The translations under genes were made by a program, and so were the position numbers. Below, piece by piece: positions 37,889 to 48,193 of a stretch of DNA of 64,000 bases. Origin of the DNA: an uncultured Candidatus Saccharibacteria bacterium (GTDB lineage: Bacteria > Patescibacteriota > Saccharimonadia > Saccharimonadales > JAGQNJ01); assembly GCA_964577565.1 (NCBI GenBank), contig CAZNZL010000002.1, positions 88,650 to 152,649 on the forward strand, in the 5' to 3' direction. How positions within the stretch are numbered: position 1 is the first letter of the stretch; every line of letters begins with the position of its first letter. The notes under the pieces were generated by a model that did no database searches, was not told where the DNA came from, and saw only the letters and a program-made list of their open reading frames with translations.

Positions 37889-38560
37889 TTACAATGTCTC
37901 AACCAATTTAACTAACTTTCGGGTTCTTGCCAGGTTTCTAATTACAGTCCTTTTGTGGTTGAGCCGTTTATGCAGAATCACTTTGTGCTTTGGTCTGGCC
38001 TCAATTATTGCGTTGAATGTTCTTATTGCGCCGTCAAAAGGAACTATCTCATCGGAGTGACTAGATATCAACAGTACCCTCTTATTTTTATAGTTTGCAA
38101 GATCAGGATATTGAAGCCGTGACCATGCGCTTCTAAGCGTCTCTTCGTTATAGTTGGTTTTTTTGAAGTATTCGCGAATATGCGGCATGCGCCAAACAGC
38201 TTGGGCAACGTCACCCCCAGTATTCATTACACACCAATCAACTTCAGGTATTCTTGCCATACAGTTGTACCCAATAAATGCACCTAAACTACTGCCAAAA
38301 ATGCCTACAGTAGTGTTTGTGCTTAAACCGCTGATCTTGCTCTGCAACGAGCTACAGACTTGGTCAATAGCTGAAATTAATCCATTTGGGTCCCCAGCTG
38401 ACCAAATGCTTTCCTTGAACTCATAGGCTTCTACGGAGTAGCCCAGTCTCACCAATGATTGTATTGGTAGCCTACACCGAGAGATAGTTACGCCATACGG
38501 GCAAAGAAAGAAGATGAATTTATCTTTATTGTTGCCAAATGCTTTACTCTTGAATAACAC
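37889..38560 (-). CDS. Alpha/beta-hydrolase fold protein
   Basis: GSSLG nucleophile elbow, SDEIVP, C-terminal His. Confidence 0.75.
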   Translation of the reverse strand: MLFKSKAFGNNKDKFIFFLCPYGVTISRCRLPIQSLVRLGYSVEAYEFKESIWSAGDPNGLISAIDQVCSSLQSKISGLSTNTTVGIFGSSLGAFIGYNCMARIPEVDWCVMNTGGDVAQAVWRMPHIREYFKKTNYNEETLRSAWSRLQYPDLANYKNKRVLLISSHSDEIVPFDGAIRTFNAIIEARPKHKVILHKRLNHKRTVIRNLARTRKLVKLVETL

Positions 38561-38927
38561 AGTTAGATTATACAGGGCGAGACTATGAAGCAGTATTAGT
38601 TATGCTAGTTCTTGCTTTGTTAAAAATACTGTACCGCGGGCAAGTCCAAGACACGCTGTCAAGGGTGCTACCGTTGATAATGTTTCTCGGGCGCTGTGTA
38701 AGTTTTCAAGTCACCCACAACCAGAAACATTAAGACTCAGACCACTGCTCGCTTCAGTTGAAGTACCGCCCATTAATGACGAAGCTCGTCAAATTCTACA
38801 GGAATTAGTTCTGAGATAATCCCTCATCTTGAAGATCAATTACGTGAGCAAGACAGAAGTCGCATAAAATAATAAGCTATATTTTGCTCATGCTTGCAAT
38901 TGATACGGATTATGCTAGGGTTTAAGT

Positions 38928-39503
38928 ATGAAACCGAATGCCTCAGAGTTTACAGGTATAACGCCTCTTTCAGAAGGCCATCCAAATATCGATGCCTCTC
39001 TTCAGGCGAGTAATGATTTGCTGGACCCAACACAAATGTTTGACTTAGGCAATATTTTACCGGAAGAAATGGTACATATTCATACTGCAGAAGGTAGCTT
39101 GACTTTACTTCATCCACCAGAGTCAACCTGGGGGGCCGGCAGTAGCTGCATCACACATGTAGTAGAGAGTACTATTAAAGGAATCAAAGCAGATGACGTC
39201 ATTCGTCTAGACGGCTGCTCGGCTGGCATAACTACCTATGCACAAACTGGGTTTATTGGTCAGTATGGCCGTTTAATGTACTCTAAATTTCCGAAGCGAC
39301 TACTGCCAGATGAAGACGTTGCATATTTGCAAGGTCTTGAGCCTGAAGAAAGGAAGAGGGCGCTAGATACCTTAGGGTTTATTTCTATTGAAGACGGCAC
39401 GTACTATACAGAAAGATGGGACGGTACGTATCATTTTACGGCTGAAATTCTTAGAGCTGAGCGAGAAAAACCTGGTGAAGACCCAGAGCCAATTTTCGAA
39501 TGA
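38928..39503 (+). CDS. Hypothetical protein, paralog of 58067-58765
   Basis: 191-aa ORF; shared motifs (see findings). Confidence 0.7.
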   Translation: MKPNASEFTGITPLSEGHPNIDASLQASNDLLDPTQMFDLGNILPEEMVHIHTAEGSLTLLHPPESTWGAGSSCITHVVESTIKGIKADDVIRLDGCSAGITTYAQTGFIGQYGRLMYSKFPKRLLPDEDVAYLQGLEPEERKRALDTLGFISIEDGTYYTERWDGTYHFTAEILRAEREKPGEDPEPIFE

Positions 39504-39680
39504 GAACACCTTCAATCGTTACCAGCAACTTAGGTAAGCTTAGAGAGTATGTAGCGCTTTTACTAAAAGATAGTGAAAAAGCTTTACGATTTTTTGGCTC
39601 AACCCTCCTTGCCCCTTCGTAAAAGCGTAGGTTAAATCGCCTATGCTTGCAAAATATGAGGTGAGTAGTAGAATTGTCGT

Positions 39681-40238
39681 ATGTCGGGAACTCTCACAAC
39701 TTCTTATCAAGCAACCTCTGAGAAGCTCCCACTACTGGGCGAAGAAGCTATCCTGGAAACGTTATATGAAGTTGGTCTTCCAGAAGAATTGTATATTGTT
39801 CTTGGTGGTGCCAACATGGTTTTAAGGGGTATCAAGCCAACCACGCAAGATGTGGATTTACTTGTGTCTGAAGAGGGCTTTGCTCTACTAAGAGAGCGAC
39901 CTGCATCCACATTAAAGCGCCCGCCCGCTCGAGCAGTGGCGTTAGGTGCGGCAAACCCTACGGTATGGGTACACGATAACGAAACGCCGATGCCAATTAG
40001 TGCTACCGAATCACTTGGTGATGGATTTTATCCGATGACATTTTGGGAATTCAAAGGCCAGTCTGAAGCGGTTCGAGGTATTCCATGTCTAAATCTTGAC
40101 AATGTTATCGAGTCAAAAAAGGCACTCCAGCGGCCTAAAGATAAAGAAGATCTTATGCGCATCGGTACTTTTTTGGGTGTAGAAATTCAACTCCCGATTC
40201 CGACTGTTGCGTTGCCACATATTGAGTCCACTTTTTAG
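39681..40238 (+). CDS. Nucleotidyltransferase-fold protein
   Basis: YIVLGGANMVLRGIKPTTQDVDLLV and K....RPKD..D motifs. Confidence 0.75.
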   Translation: MSGTLTTSYQATSEKLPLLGEEAILETLYEVGLPEELYIVLGGANMVLRGIKPTTQDVDLLVSEEGFALLRERPASTLKRPPARAVALGAANPTVWVHDNETPMPISATESLGDGFYPMTFWEFKGQSEAVRGIPCLNLDNVIESKKALQRPKDKEDLMRIGTFLGVEIQLPIPTVALPHIESTF

Positions 40239-40302
40239 TCTACGTGGTTTTACACAATTGCCTTTGCTTGAATAAAGGCTGCAAGCGTAGATAATATAAT
40301 CT

Positions 40303-40590
40303 GTGGCTGGAGAAGTATTACTGAGTTATAACGATTTAACGACCTTACGTATAGAGTCTCGCGAGGCGCTAGCTAGGTTAGGCATTAGTTCTAACCCTGG
40401 CTTTACAAATCGGAATATTATTGATGGTTTAAGTCGTGCTATAGGGGTAGGTTCGGAGTTTCCTGAAAACATGGAGTGGTCTGAATATTCAGGTGAAATT
40501 TTTAGAGATTGTTTGGGAGAAATCCTAGGTTTAGAATTACCACCAAGTGCTTCAGAAGTAGTTGATGGGCTTCGGAGGGTGACACGTTAA
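40303..40590 (+). CDS. Hypothetical protein
   Basis: 95-aa ORF preceded by the shared promoter motif. Confidence 0.6.
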   Translation: MAGEVLLSYNDLTTLRIESREALARLGISSNPGFTNRNIIDGLSRAIGVGSEFPENMEWSEYSGEIFRDCLGEILGLELPPSASEVVDGLRRVTR

Positions 40591-40638
40591 GATCTTTTGC
40601 TGATATCTCAGCAACTCCGCTTATGCTATTCTTAAAAC

Positions 40639-41235
40639 ATGAAACATAATCAAAAAGGCTTCGGCGCGGTAGAAGTAATAATTGTAATTATAATTCTTGG
40701 GTTGGTTGGCGGTGTGGGCTGGTATGTCTTCTCAAAAAATAAAGACTCGTCCGAACCATCATCCAGCACTCAAGTAGAAGAACAATCTGAAGAAGCCGAG
40801 CAAAACGCTGAACCAGAAGCGAAGGTCATCGATAACGAACGCTTTACCCTAACCTTGCCAAATGGCTTTGAAGAATCAGCAGAGAGAATATTTACCTACA
40901 CCGCTAAGCCCGGAAAAACCTATTCATATGCAAATGCCACAACCGGCGATTATTTTGAACTTAACTTCGAGATTGCAGCCAGCGGCATCAGCTCCGACTA
41001 TACGTGGTTTTTTACCGAGCAAAACAATAAGATTACGCTTGAAAAAGCCTCAACCACTGTATGTTCGAGTGCGAATGACGAGATGTGTACATCCGCTGGC
41101 AATAACCGGCTCGATAGTTACATTGGCAGTAAAACGCAAGAAGATTACTACTTTACGTTTGGCAATACAAAAACCGAATCCCCTGCCGATGTAACGTTTG
41201 TAGATGAATTTATAGAAAACCTAACAATCAAATAA
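40639..41235 (+). CDS. Protein with type IV prepilin-like N-terminal signal (minor pilin/adhesin-like)
   Basis: QKG-FGAVEVIIVIIILGLV cleavage/methylation motif with E5. Confidence 0.8.
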   Translation: MKHNQKGFGAVEVIIVIIILGLVGGVGWYVFSKNKDSSEPSSSTQVEEQSEEAEQNAEPEAKVIDNERFTLTLPNGFEESAERIFTYTAKPGKTYSYANATTGDYFELNFEIAASGISSDYTWFFTEQNNKITLEKASTTVCSSANDEMCTSAGNNRLDSYIGSKTQEDYYFTFGNTKTESPADVTFVDEFIENLTIK

Positions 41236-41401
41236 AAAGTCGCTTTGGTAACACCGAAGAATCACTAAAGCCGTGGTGAGGTGTTTACGGTTTAACTTGT
41301 ACGCAAGGCACCTGGTAGAGCGTTTGGTAGATCTCACAGAACCGCGAACTAAGTGATCAATTAACGTGCTGTCTTAAGCCAGGCTGGTATATAATTTTAT
41401 T

Positions 41402-41695
41402 ATGGAAGACGGGCCAGAAGTACTACCACAAGAAACAGAAGAACGACCTCTCATGTCCGAGGAGCAGCTCAGAGAAGCAGTAGAGCATTTAGCTAGGGCA
41501 CCACGGCGCACTCCAGACGGCATGAGTGAGATTGTACTAAGATCCTGGAAATTGCCCGACCCAATGCTTAGTCCAGAAGATCAAAGACTGGAAAAAAGAG
41601 TAAAAGCAGAAGTGTTTAGAAAATTTGGTTGGGACAAGCGTCGTTCGGAGCGGCGCACGACTGAACAATCTATTCCCAACCCGGAAGATCTTTAG
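41402..41695 (+). CDS. Hypothetical protein
   Basis: 97-aa ORF, TATAAT just upstream. Confidence 0.6.
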   Translation: MEDGPEVLPQETEERPLMSEEQLREAVEHLARAPRRTPDGMSEIVLRSWKLPDPMLSPEDQRLEKRVKAEVFRKFGWDKRRSERRTTEQSIPNPEDL

Positions 41696-41739
41696 AACTA
41701 TTTTTTGCATTGGAAACATTTTGGGTGTATAAAAAAGCC

Positions 41740-42330
41740 ATGGCAAATGGTGAGCAGCATGTAGCAGAATTTAGAGACGTTGTTGAAACTGTACTTGAAA
41801 AACACAGAAGACTACAAGCAGCGGCAGATGCCCAGTCGTCGCTTCGTCGGATACGTCCAAATAATACGGGTTTACGTGCGGCTGGGTTGGTGTTTGCGCA
41901 CATCTTGCCCAGACAAGGGCGAAGCTCGGTTTTTGGATTACGACCCAAAGAGCTGTGGGGTGTTGCTGACCAATACGAGTATAAATTCAAAAACCATTCC
42001 GGAAGAATGGCGCTTCTATCATCAATCGAACTGCCCGGCACACTGGTTAGGCGTGTTGAATTTTCAGGATCAGCTCCGCTCCTTGGCATTAGCACGGAAA
42101 GAGAATTAGACAAAGAAGAAGCTGCACTGGCAGTAACTTGGATTAAGTCACCTCATTTGTATCCAGAAATTCATAACCAGCTGGCTTCACTCTTACCCAC
42201 AGAAGTTGAAGCTACGGGGGCAGAATTTGCTAAACAGAACGAAGCTAGAGATCAGTATCAAAGAGATATGGAAGCAGTACGACGAGCATCGATACCAGGG
42301 CCTGATTTTTACAATCGTACTATCGGCTAG
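41740..42330 (+). CDS. Hypothetical protein
   Basis: ORF with -10-like TATAAA just upstream of ATG 41740. Confidence 0.6.
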   Translation: MANGEQHVAEFRDVVETVLEKHRRLQAAADAQSSLRRIRPNNTGLRAAGLVFAHILPRQGRSSVFGLRPKELWGVADQYEYKFKNHSGRMALLSSIELPGTLVRRVEFSGSAPLLGISTERELDKEEAALAVTWIKSPHLYPEIHNQLASLLPTEVEATGAEFAKQNEARDQYQRDMEAVRRASIPGPDFYNRTIG

Positions 42331-42336
42331 TCTAAA

Positions 42337-43173
42337 CTATTGATCTGAAAGTACGTGGTGAATCTGATCAACCACGGGGCCGAGCTCTTCGCGCTTTACG
42401 CCCGCAAACGGAAACGCCGCACCGTGCTCACCAATGTAATCAAGATGTACATGTGCTACCTTAAGCGCAAGTTTGCGTAACTGACTATAGCGGTCTTCGT
42501 GGGTTTCGTCACCTGCCTCAAGAATTTTGAGCGCTACCCTGCCCGCCTGAACACTAGTCATGAGATAACCGATACGCTCAGACAAATTAAATCCTTGCCT
42601 TAGCAGGGTGCCTTCTTTATTGGCGATAGTATCCTCGGCCAGTTCTATTATTTCTTCGGGTACGTCATCGTACAACATCCCAAACAGATATTCTCTTATA
42701 ATAGCTTCACTAACTTCATGATCATCAGTTTTGTCATGAAAGGAAACATCACCGACGGGAGTGATGCCACAAGCTTCCGCTAGCTCCGGTAGTTCACATT
42801 CGCCCGTATCATGAAGAAGTGCCCCCAGCCTACCTCCAACTACTTCTAAATTGGTAAATGGTTCTGCGCCTGGTGTTGTTTGCTGGTGTAGAGCTAACAA
42901 GCGAAAAATATTTTCTTCAGTATGCGTCATGTGCCGCAGCGGGTGAATATCGTCGCCCAAGTCTGCCAACATCTGGGTACGATCGTAACCATATTTTTGG
43001 GCGTATCTAACGGGTTGCGTTGCATGATGAACGCCAAAGTCGCTCGTGGCATAACGGCCAAAAAGCTCGTCGTAAGTTAGGTGGGTTGCCCCTGGGTGTA
43101 ATAAATTTGGCGATGTTATTGCCACCAAGTCTGCTGTTTCCCCACCCCGTAATGCTTCGACGCTCGTGCTCAT
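42337..43173 (-). CDS. HD-domain phosphohydrolase-like protein
   Basis: HPLRHM...ALLHDTGE...GDV motif; AGAGG SD. Confidence 0.7.
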   Translation of the reverse strand: MSTSVEALRGGETADLVAITSPNLLHPGATHLTYDELFGRYATSDFGVHHATQPVRYAQKYGYDRTQMLADLGDDIHPLRHMTHTEENIFRLLALHQQTTPGAEPFTNLEVVGGRLGALLHDTGECELPELAEACGITPVGDVSFHDKTDDHEVSEAIIREYLFGMLYDDVPEEIIELAEDTIANKEGTLLRQGFNLSERIGYLMTSVQAGRVALKILEAGDETHEDRYSQLRKLALKVAHVHLDYIGEHGAAFPFAGVKREELGPVVDQIHHVLSDQ

Positions 43174-43235
43174 AGTTACCCTCTCTTTTATTTGAGCCTT
43201 ATTGTAACAAAGGTTACTTGGTATTATATAGAATT

Positions 43236-43778
43236 ATGTCGTTGAGTTTAATTATAGGCCCAATGAAAAGTGGCAAGTCGCTTGAACTTGTGGCACGTGT
43301 AGCGCCCTATGAATTTGCAAAAAAGAAAGTGTTGTATATCCAGCCCGTGCATAATGTACGCGATGAGGGGATTAATTCTCGCCTTGGTCTAAATACCAAA
43401 GCAAAAAAAGTTAAAACTCTAAAAGAAGTAGTAGACGATTTTGATGTTATTGGCATTGATGAAGTACATATGTTTGATGCTTCTGATGTAGAACAAATTA
43501 AAAAATGGCTTCAAAACGGAAAAATCATTGCTATTAGTGGTCTTGATATTGACTATAAGGGCCAGATGATGGCGATTATCAAGAAGCTGCTTGAGCTGAA
43601 GCCTGACTATCTCATTTCAAAAACATCCGTATGTGAAGTCTGTCATGAATATGCTGCTGTCTATACCCAGGTGCTTCATGGCGGCATAGAAGTCACTAGT
43701 GGCGTACCACCGGTAGTACCTGACGATGGAACGTATACATATGAACCACGGTGCCGCAACTGCTTCATCGCCCGGTAA
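43236..43778 (+). CDS. tdk: Thymidine kinase (type II)
   Basis: GPMKSGKS, IGIDEVHMF, SGLD, CEVC, YEPRCRNC. Confidence 0.93.
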   Translation: MSLSLIIGPMKSGKSLELVARVAPYEFAKKKVLYIQPVHNVRDEGINSRLGLNTKAKKVKTLKEVVDDFDVIGIDEVHMFDASDVEQIKKWLQNGKIIAISGLDIDYKGQMMAIIKKLLELKPDYLISKTSVCEVCHEYAAVYTQVLHGGIEVTSGVPPVVPDDGTYTYEPRCRNCFIAR

Positions 43779-43862
43779 TCTTTAATATCAAATTACATAG
43801 AACATGTTTTGCTTGTGCTTGCAAGGTTTTTTGAAATGCTATATATTCTCTAGTGCTTACTA

Positions 43863-44192
43863 ATGGAGCTTTATTATATGGAGAGTGTGAAAAAAACATC
43901 CGACAGAAACACCGAAGCAAGTACAGAAGATAGCGATATAAAAACCGCACAGAAAGCAGACTTATCTGATACTGATGCTTTGCTTGAAGAAATTGACGAA
44001 CTACTTGCAGATGAAGTAGCTGCAAGTGAGGCTGCTGAACGTGAAGCTTATAAAGAAAAGTTGCGGTCAATTAACTTTATAGGCAAGAGGGCTACTGATC
44101 CTTGTGCTGATGTAATAAGGGTGCCTGAATTTATGGCTGAACCTTTACTGCGAACAGGGATGTTTAAGGAATCAAATTGCGAAGGCTGCTAA
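43863..44192 (+). CDS. Hypothetical protein with Pup/UBact-like DALLEEIDELL helix
   Basis: Acidic disordered N-terminus + DTDALLEEIDELL; ends CEGC. Confidence 0.65.
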   Translation: MELYYMESVKKTSDRNTEASTEDSDIKTAQKADLSDTDALLEEIDELLADEVAASEAAEREAYKEKLRSINFIGKRATDPCADVIRVPEFMAEPLLRTGMFKESNCEGC

Positions 44193-44309
44193 AAAAGTAC
44201 AAGTTTAATATTAGCCGCGTATTGCCCAAAACCGAAATGATCGGAAGATTATAAATATATAATCGATAAGTTCGACTCCCGGCATACTTATGATACCTGG
44301 ACACCTAGT

Positions 44310-45158
44310 TTAAACATTGTAGCTGCTTAAGTCTTGTGCAACCGTTATTTTGCCCTTAAAGCCCGAGCGTCGCGCATCGTTAATGATTTCTGCTACAGAG
44401 TTATTGCCGGTATAGTGTGTGAACACAAGTTTTGCACTGTTTGCACGTTGAGCGAGTACGGCTGCTTCGTACGGATTAAGGTGGCCTTGATCTAGTGGCT
44501 TGCCAATATCAATCGCAGCTTCGCATAAAAATAGGTCTGCATTGTTGGCAGCTAATTGTAGTCCGGGTGACAACGTTGAATCGCCGGAATAGGCGATGAT
44601 TGCACTGGGAGTTTCAATGCGGTATGAGTATGCCTCTAGTTGATAATGTTTCGTTTTGTAAGCAGCTATTGATAACTGACTATTAATATTTACACGATAC
44701 TTGTTGACTAAAGGGGTGAACTTTAAATTTACTCGCTTTAGCAAATCTTTATTGTACGACCATCCTTTTGTCATGTATTCAGTGCGCACCTCTTCTTCAA
44801 TGTCAGACGGTCCAATAATATGAAGCGATTCTTTTTGGCTCCTCTTCATGGCGTATAAATAAAAAGCTTGTAAAATTGGCTCAAGCACAAAATGATCTGC
44901 ATGATAATGACTGATACACACAACATCAATGTCGGTTAGTTTGATTCCTAGCTTGTCTATTTGCGGTAAAACACCTATTCCTGCATCGAGTAATATTTTG
45001 TAATCGCCAACCTCTAGTAGGTGTGATGACGGGTATCGAAACTTACCTTCGCCTTGTGTAATAGATATGCCCGACCCAAGAACGGTTAATTTTACCGGAA
45101 TTGTTCGTTGCGCTTTTTTGTTTGCCATTTTTTTATGGCGCATGATTTTTCGAAGCAT
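44310..45158 (-). CDS. Metallo-beta-lactamase fold hydrolase (RNase Z/AtsA-like)
   Basis: LTVLGSG, ISHYHADH, YSGDS, GHL, FTHY. Confidence 0.88.
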   Translation of the reverse strand: MLRKIMRHKKMANKKAQRTIPVKLTVLGSGISITQGEGKFRYPSSHLLEVGDYKILLDAGIGVLPQIDKLGIKLTDIDVVCISHYHADHFVLEPILQAFYLYAMKRSQKESLHIIGPSDIEEEVRTEYMTKGWSYNKDLLKRVNLKFTPLVNKYRVNINSQLSIAAYKTKHYQLEAYSYRIETPSAIIAYSGDSTLSPGLQLAANNADLFLCEAAIDIGKPLDQGHLNPYEAAVLAQRANSAKLVFTHYTGNNSVAEIINDARRSGFKGKITVAQDLSSYNV

Positions 45159-45168
45159 GTCTCTATGC

Positions 45169-45813
45169 CTACACCATTACTTCCATTTGACAAGCATATT
45201 GTTCTTCAGGCAGATACACACTGTACTTTATGGTCCCAACGTCATCGTACTTTTCTTTGCCAGTGTAATGTTTGAGTTCATTTGTTATGGTAATATCTTT
45301 CTGAAAGGGTTCAGTAAGCATAATATAGTTATCTTGCGGAACCGAATTTTTTAATAATCTATGAGCAGCTATTACATCTACACCAGACAACTCCTCGTAC
45401 TGAGCAATTTTATGCAATAGGGCCTTTCCCTGGTGCACAATAATTTTTAGACCCAGTTTTTCTATGCCCCGACATGAGTTACCGTAGCATAGTTTAGAGC
45501 CACTTAGGTTAACAAGTTCGCACGCAAAGGTTTCAAAAAATAAGGGTAGTTTACGAGCTATTAGTTGTCTGGTATTACGCCACTTGGCTCTGTTTTTGTC
45601 TCTTACTGCATAGACAAAAACAGCATCGCCCTCAAGTTTAGAGACTTTTAAGGGGATTTTAATTTGTTCGATCAGCGCCGCAATCAGTTCACCAATAACG
45701 ACCTCACTATGAACCTCGTGGCTGCGGTGATTTGCAATCATAAACTTTGTATAACCGCTAATATCTAAGAGAATGAGAATGGCATCTCTACGCTTAACGC
45801 GATTAAAAAACAT
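45169..45813 (-). CDS. DUF2652 / nucleotide-cyclase-like protein
   Basis: LDISGYTKF, SKLEGDAVF, LKIIVHQG, GVDVIAAHRLLKNSV. Confidence 0.8.
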   Translation of the reverse strand: MFFNRVKRRDAILILLDISGYTKFMIANHRSHEVHSEVVIGELIAALIEQIKIPLKVSKLEGDAVFVYAVRDKNRAKWRNTRQLIARKLPLFFETFACELVNLSGSKLCYGNSCRGIEKLGLKIIVHQGKALLHKIAQYEELSGVDVIAAHRLLKNSVPQDNYIMLTEPFQKDITITNELKHYTGKEKYDDVGTIKYSVYLPEEQYACQMEVMV

Positions 45814-45965
45814 AAGCTTATTTTAGCACGGCGTGCCAAGCCAAGATTTTGGCGGCTATTCAAATCTTTCGCACCGATCGAAGCATACGCCCAGAAAAGA
45901 AACGGACTCGTTTGTCGTAATGTTCATTTTGACTTATACTAAGCTTATAAACATAAGCAGCTAAG

Positions 45966-46520
45966 GTGAACTACATGCCAAAGCAGTCTATCTCAATCGT
46001 GAACGAAAAAAGTTTTTTTGTGTTGGCATTAGCCAGAATTGCGCTTGGACTGACGTTTTTATGGGCCTTTTTAGACAAACTGATGGGGTTGGGTTTTGCG
46101 ACCTGTCGCGATGCTAAAACCGATGCCGTAACTATGTTTTGCGAGAAAGCATGGGTTAATGGCGGCTCACCAACGTCCGGCTTTTTACAATTTGGCACTA
46201 AGGGCCCCCTGGCGGGCTTTTATCAGAGCCTGGCTGGTAATGCTGTTATAGATTTTCTCTTTATGGCTGGCCTGTTGCTTATAGGGGTTGCCCTAATTGC
46301 AGGTATAGCCATGAGGTTGGCAACTATATCGGGTACACTGCTACTGTTAATGATGTGGTCTTCGATGTTGTTACCCGAAAATAATCCGATTATTGACGAG
46401 CATATTATTTATTCGCTTGTATTGTTGAGCCTTCTGGCCTCAAATAGCCAGCAAAGGTTAGGTTTACGCAGTTGGTGGGTTAGGCTTCCTGTTGTCAAGA
46501 GATTTCCGGTTATGGAGTAG
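45966..46520 (+). CDS. DoxX / thiosulfate:quinone oxidoreductase-like membrane protein
   Basis: ARIALGLTFLWAFLDKL, AW..GGSPT.GFL, NNPIIDEHIIY. Confidence 0.82.
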   Translation: MNYMPKQSISIVNEKSFFVLALARIALGLTFLWAFLDKLMGLGFATCRDAKTDAVTMFCEKAWVNGGSPTSGFLQFGTKGPLAGFYQSLAGNAVIDFLFMAGLLLIGVALIAGIAMRLATISGTLLLLMMWSSMLLPENNPIIDEHIIYSLVLLSLLASNSQQRLGLRSWWVRLPVVKRFPVME

Positions 46521-46531
46521 GCAATTTGCCG

Positions 46532-48193
46532 ATGGCAAAAGCAAATAACATCAGACCAGCAATACGGCGCTTTTTTAAGGGCGACATACATGACAACTGG
46601 GCCGCCAAAAGATTTTATAGCCATGATGCCAGCCTGTTTGAATTAGAGCCCGAGCTGGTTGTCTTTCCGCAAGATGTTGATGACATTTGTCAGCTGGTAA
46701 AGTATGTTCAAAATAATAAAAAATCAAACCCTAGTTTGTCACTCACTGGCCGTAGCGGCGGTACCGATATGTCGGGTGGCGCTATTAATGACTCAATCAT
46801 TGTTGCCTTCGAGCGTTATTTTACGCATATCAAACCTTTAAAAGACAAAACAGTAAGCACTCAACCCGGCGTTTATTATCGAGATTTTGAGCGCGTGACA
46901 CTAAAAAACAACCTGCTCTTACCAACCTACCCTGCCTCACGCGAGCTTTGTATGATTGGCGGTATGGTGGCAAATAATGCAGGCGGAGAAAAATCTTTAA
47001 TCTATGGTAAAACCGACCAATATGTAACTCAACTTACAATTGTTTTAAAAGATGGGCAAGAGCACACGTTTAAGCCACTACAGAAAGCAGAGCTCACAAA
47101 AAAGCTCAAAGAAAAGGGGCTCGAAGGTGATATTTACAGGGGTATCTATAAATTAGTAACTGAACAAAGCGAAACTATAGCCGGATCGAAGCCGCAGGTT
47201 AGCAAAAATTCTACCGGTTACAATATTTGGGATGTATGGGACGGCAAAACCTTTGACCTAACTAAAATTATTGTCGGGTCGCAAGGAACATTAGGTCTTA
47301 TAACTGAAGTAACGTTTCGTTTAGTGCCCGCTAAACCGCTGTCAGGAATGCTGGTAGTCTTCTTAAAAGACCTTGATTCACTCGGCGAGATTATAAAAGA
47401 GACCCTACCGCTACAACCCACAAGCCTGGAATCATTTGATAATCATACGTTAAAATTTGCATTTCAATTTTTCTTTAGTTTTCGTAAAACACTTGGCTGG
47501 AAACGGTTTATTTTGTTGGGACTCAGTTTTATACCGGTCTTAAAGCATATCTTGCGTTTTTTACCGAGCTTTCCCAAGATTGTTATGTTGTGCCAGTTTG
47601 AGGGTGACAATCAAAAACAAATAGATCAAAAAATCCTTGCCTTGCAAAAAATCATGGAACGCAGAGGTATTGCTACGCAACCAGCCGAAAACAAGCACCA
47701 AGAAGAAAAATTTTGGATAATGCGCCGCGAAAGCTTTAATTTGTTAAGAAAAAACGTGAGACGCAAGCACACCGCGCCGTTTATTGACGATTTGATTGTG
47801 CCGCCTGATGTTTTGCCAGAATTTTTGCCTCGCCTGATAGCTATATTAGAGCGCTACAAGTTTTTGTACACCATTGCTGGCCACATGGGTGACGGCAACT
47901 TTCATGTTATTCCGCTAATGAACCTAAGAAACAAATCAGAACGCCAAAAAATCTACCCTGCGTTAGAAGAGGTAACCAAGCTGGTGCTTGAATATCATGG
48001 GTCACTTTCAGGTGAGCATAATGACGGAATGATACGCGGACCAATGCTAGAACACATGTATAGTCCAGAAATGGTCGCAATTTTTAAGCAAATTAAACAT
48101 ATATTTGACCCCGACAATATTTTTAATCCGCATAAAAAAACTGACGCAAATTTGGAATTTTCTAAACGCCACATCAGGAGAAACTTTTTATAA
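46532..48193 (+). CDS. FAD-linked oxidase (GlcD/D-lactate dehydrogenase family)
   Basis: RSGGTDMSG, GGMVANNAGG, GSQGTLG, GHMGDGNFH, SGEHNDG, FDPDNIFNP. Confidence 0.9.
   Translation: MAKANNIRPAIRRFFKGDIHDNWAAKRFYSHDASLFELEPELVVFPQDVDDICQLVKYVQNNKKSNPSLSLTGRSGGTDMSGGAINDSIIVAFERYFTHIKPLKDKTVSTQPGVYYRDFERVTLKNNLLLPTYPASRELCMIGGMVANNAGGEKSLIYGKTDQYVTQLTIVLKDGQEHTFKPLQKAELTKKLKEKGLEGDIYRGIYKLVTEQSETIAGSKPQVSKNSTGYNIWDVWDGKTFDLTKIIVGSQGTLGLITEVTFRLVPAKPLSGMLVVFLKDLDSLGEIIKETLPLQPTSLESFDNHTLKFAFQFFFSFRKTLGWKRFILLGLSFIPVLKHILRFLPSFPKIVMLCQFEGDNQKQIDQKILALQKIMERRGIATQPAENKHQEEKFWIMRRESFNLLRKNVRRKHTAPFIDDLIVPPDVLPEFLPRLIAILERYKFLYTIAGHMGDGNFHVIPLMNLRNKSERQKIYPALEEVTKLVLEYHGSLSGEHNDGMIRGPMLEHMYSPEMVAIFKQIKHIFDPDNIFNPHKKTDANLEFSKRHIRRNFL

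Noticed and set aside
38585-38870. Possible further cassette boundary (GTACCG at ~38630 and ~38763) or small gene
   Set aside because: No conserved arm sequence flanks these words and reading frames are interrupted; at most a decayed gene.
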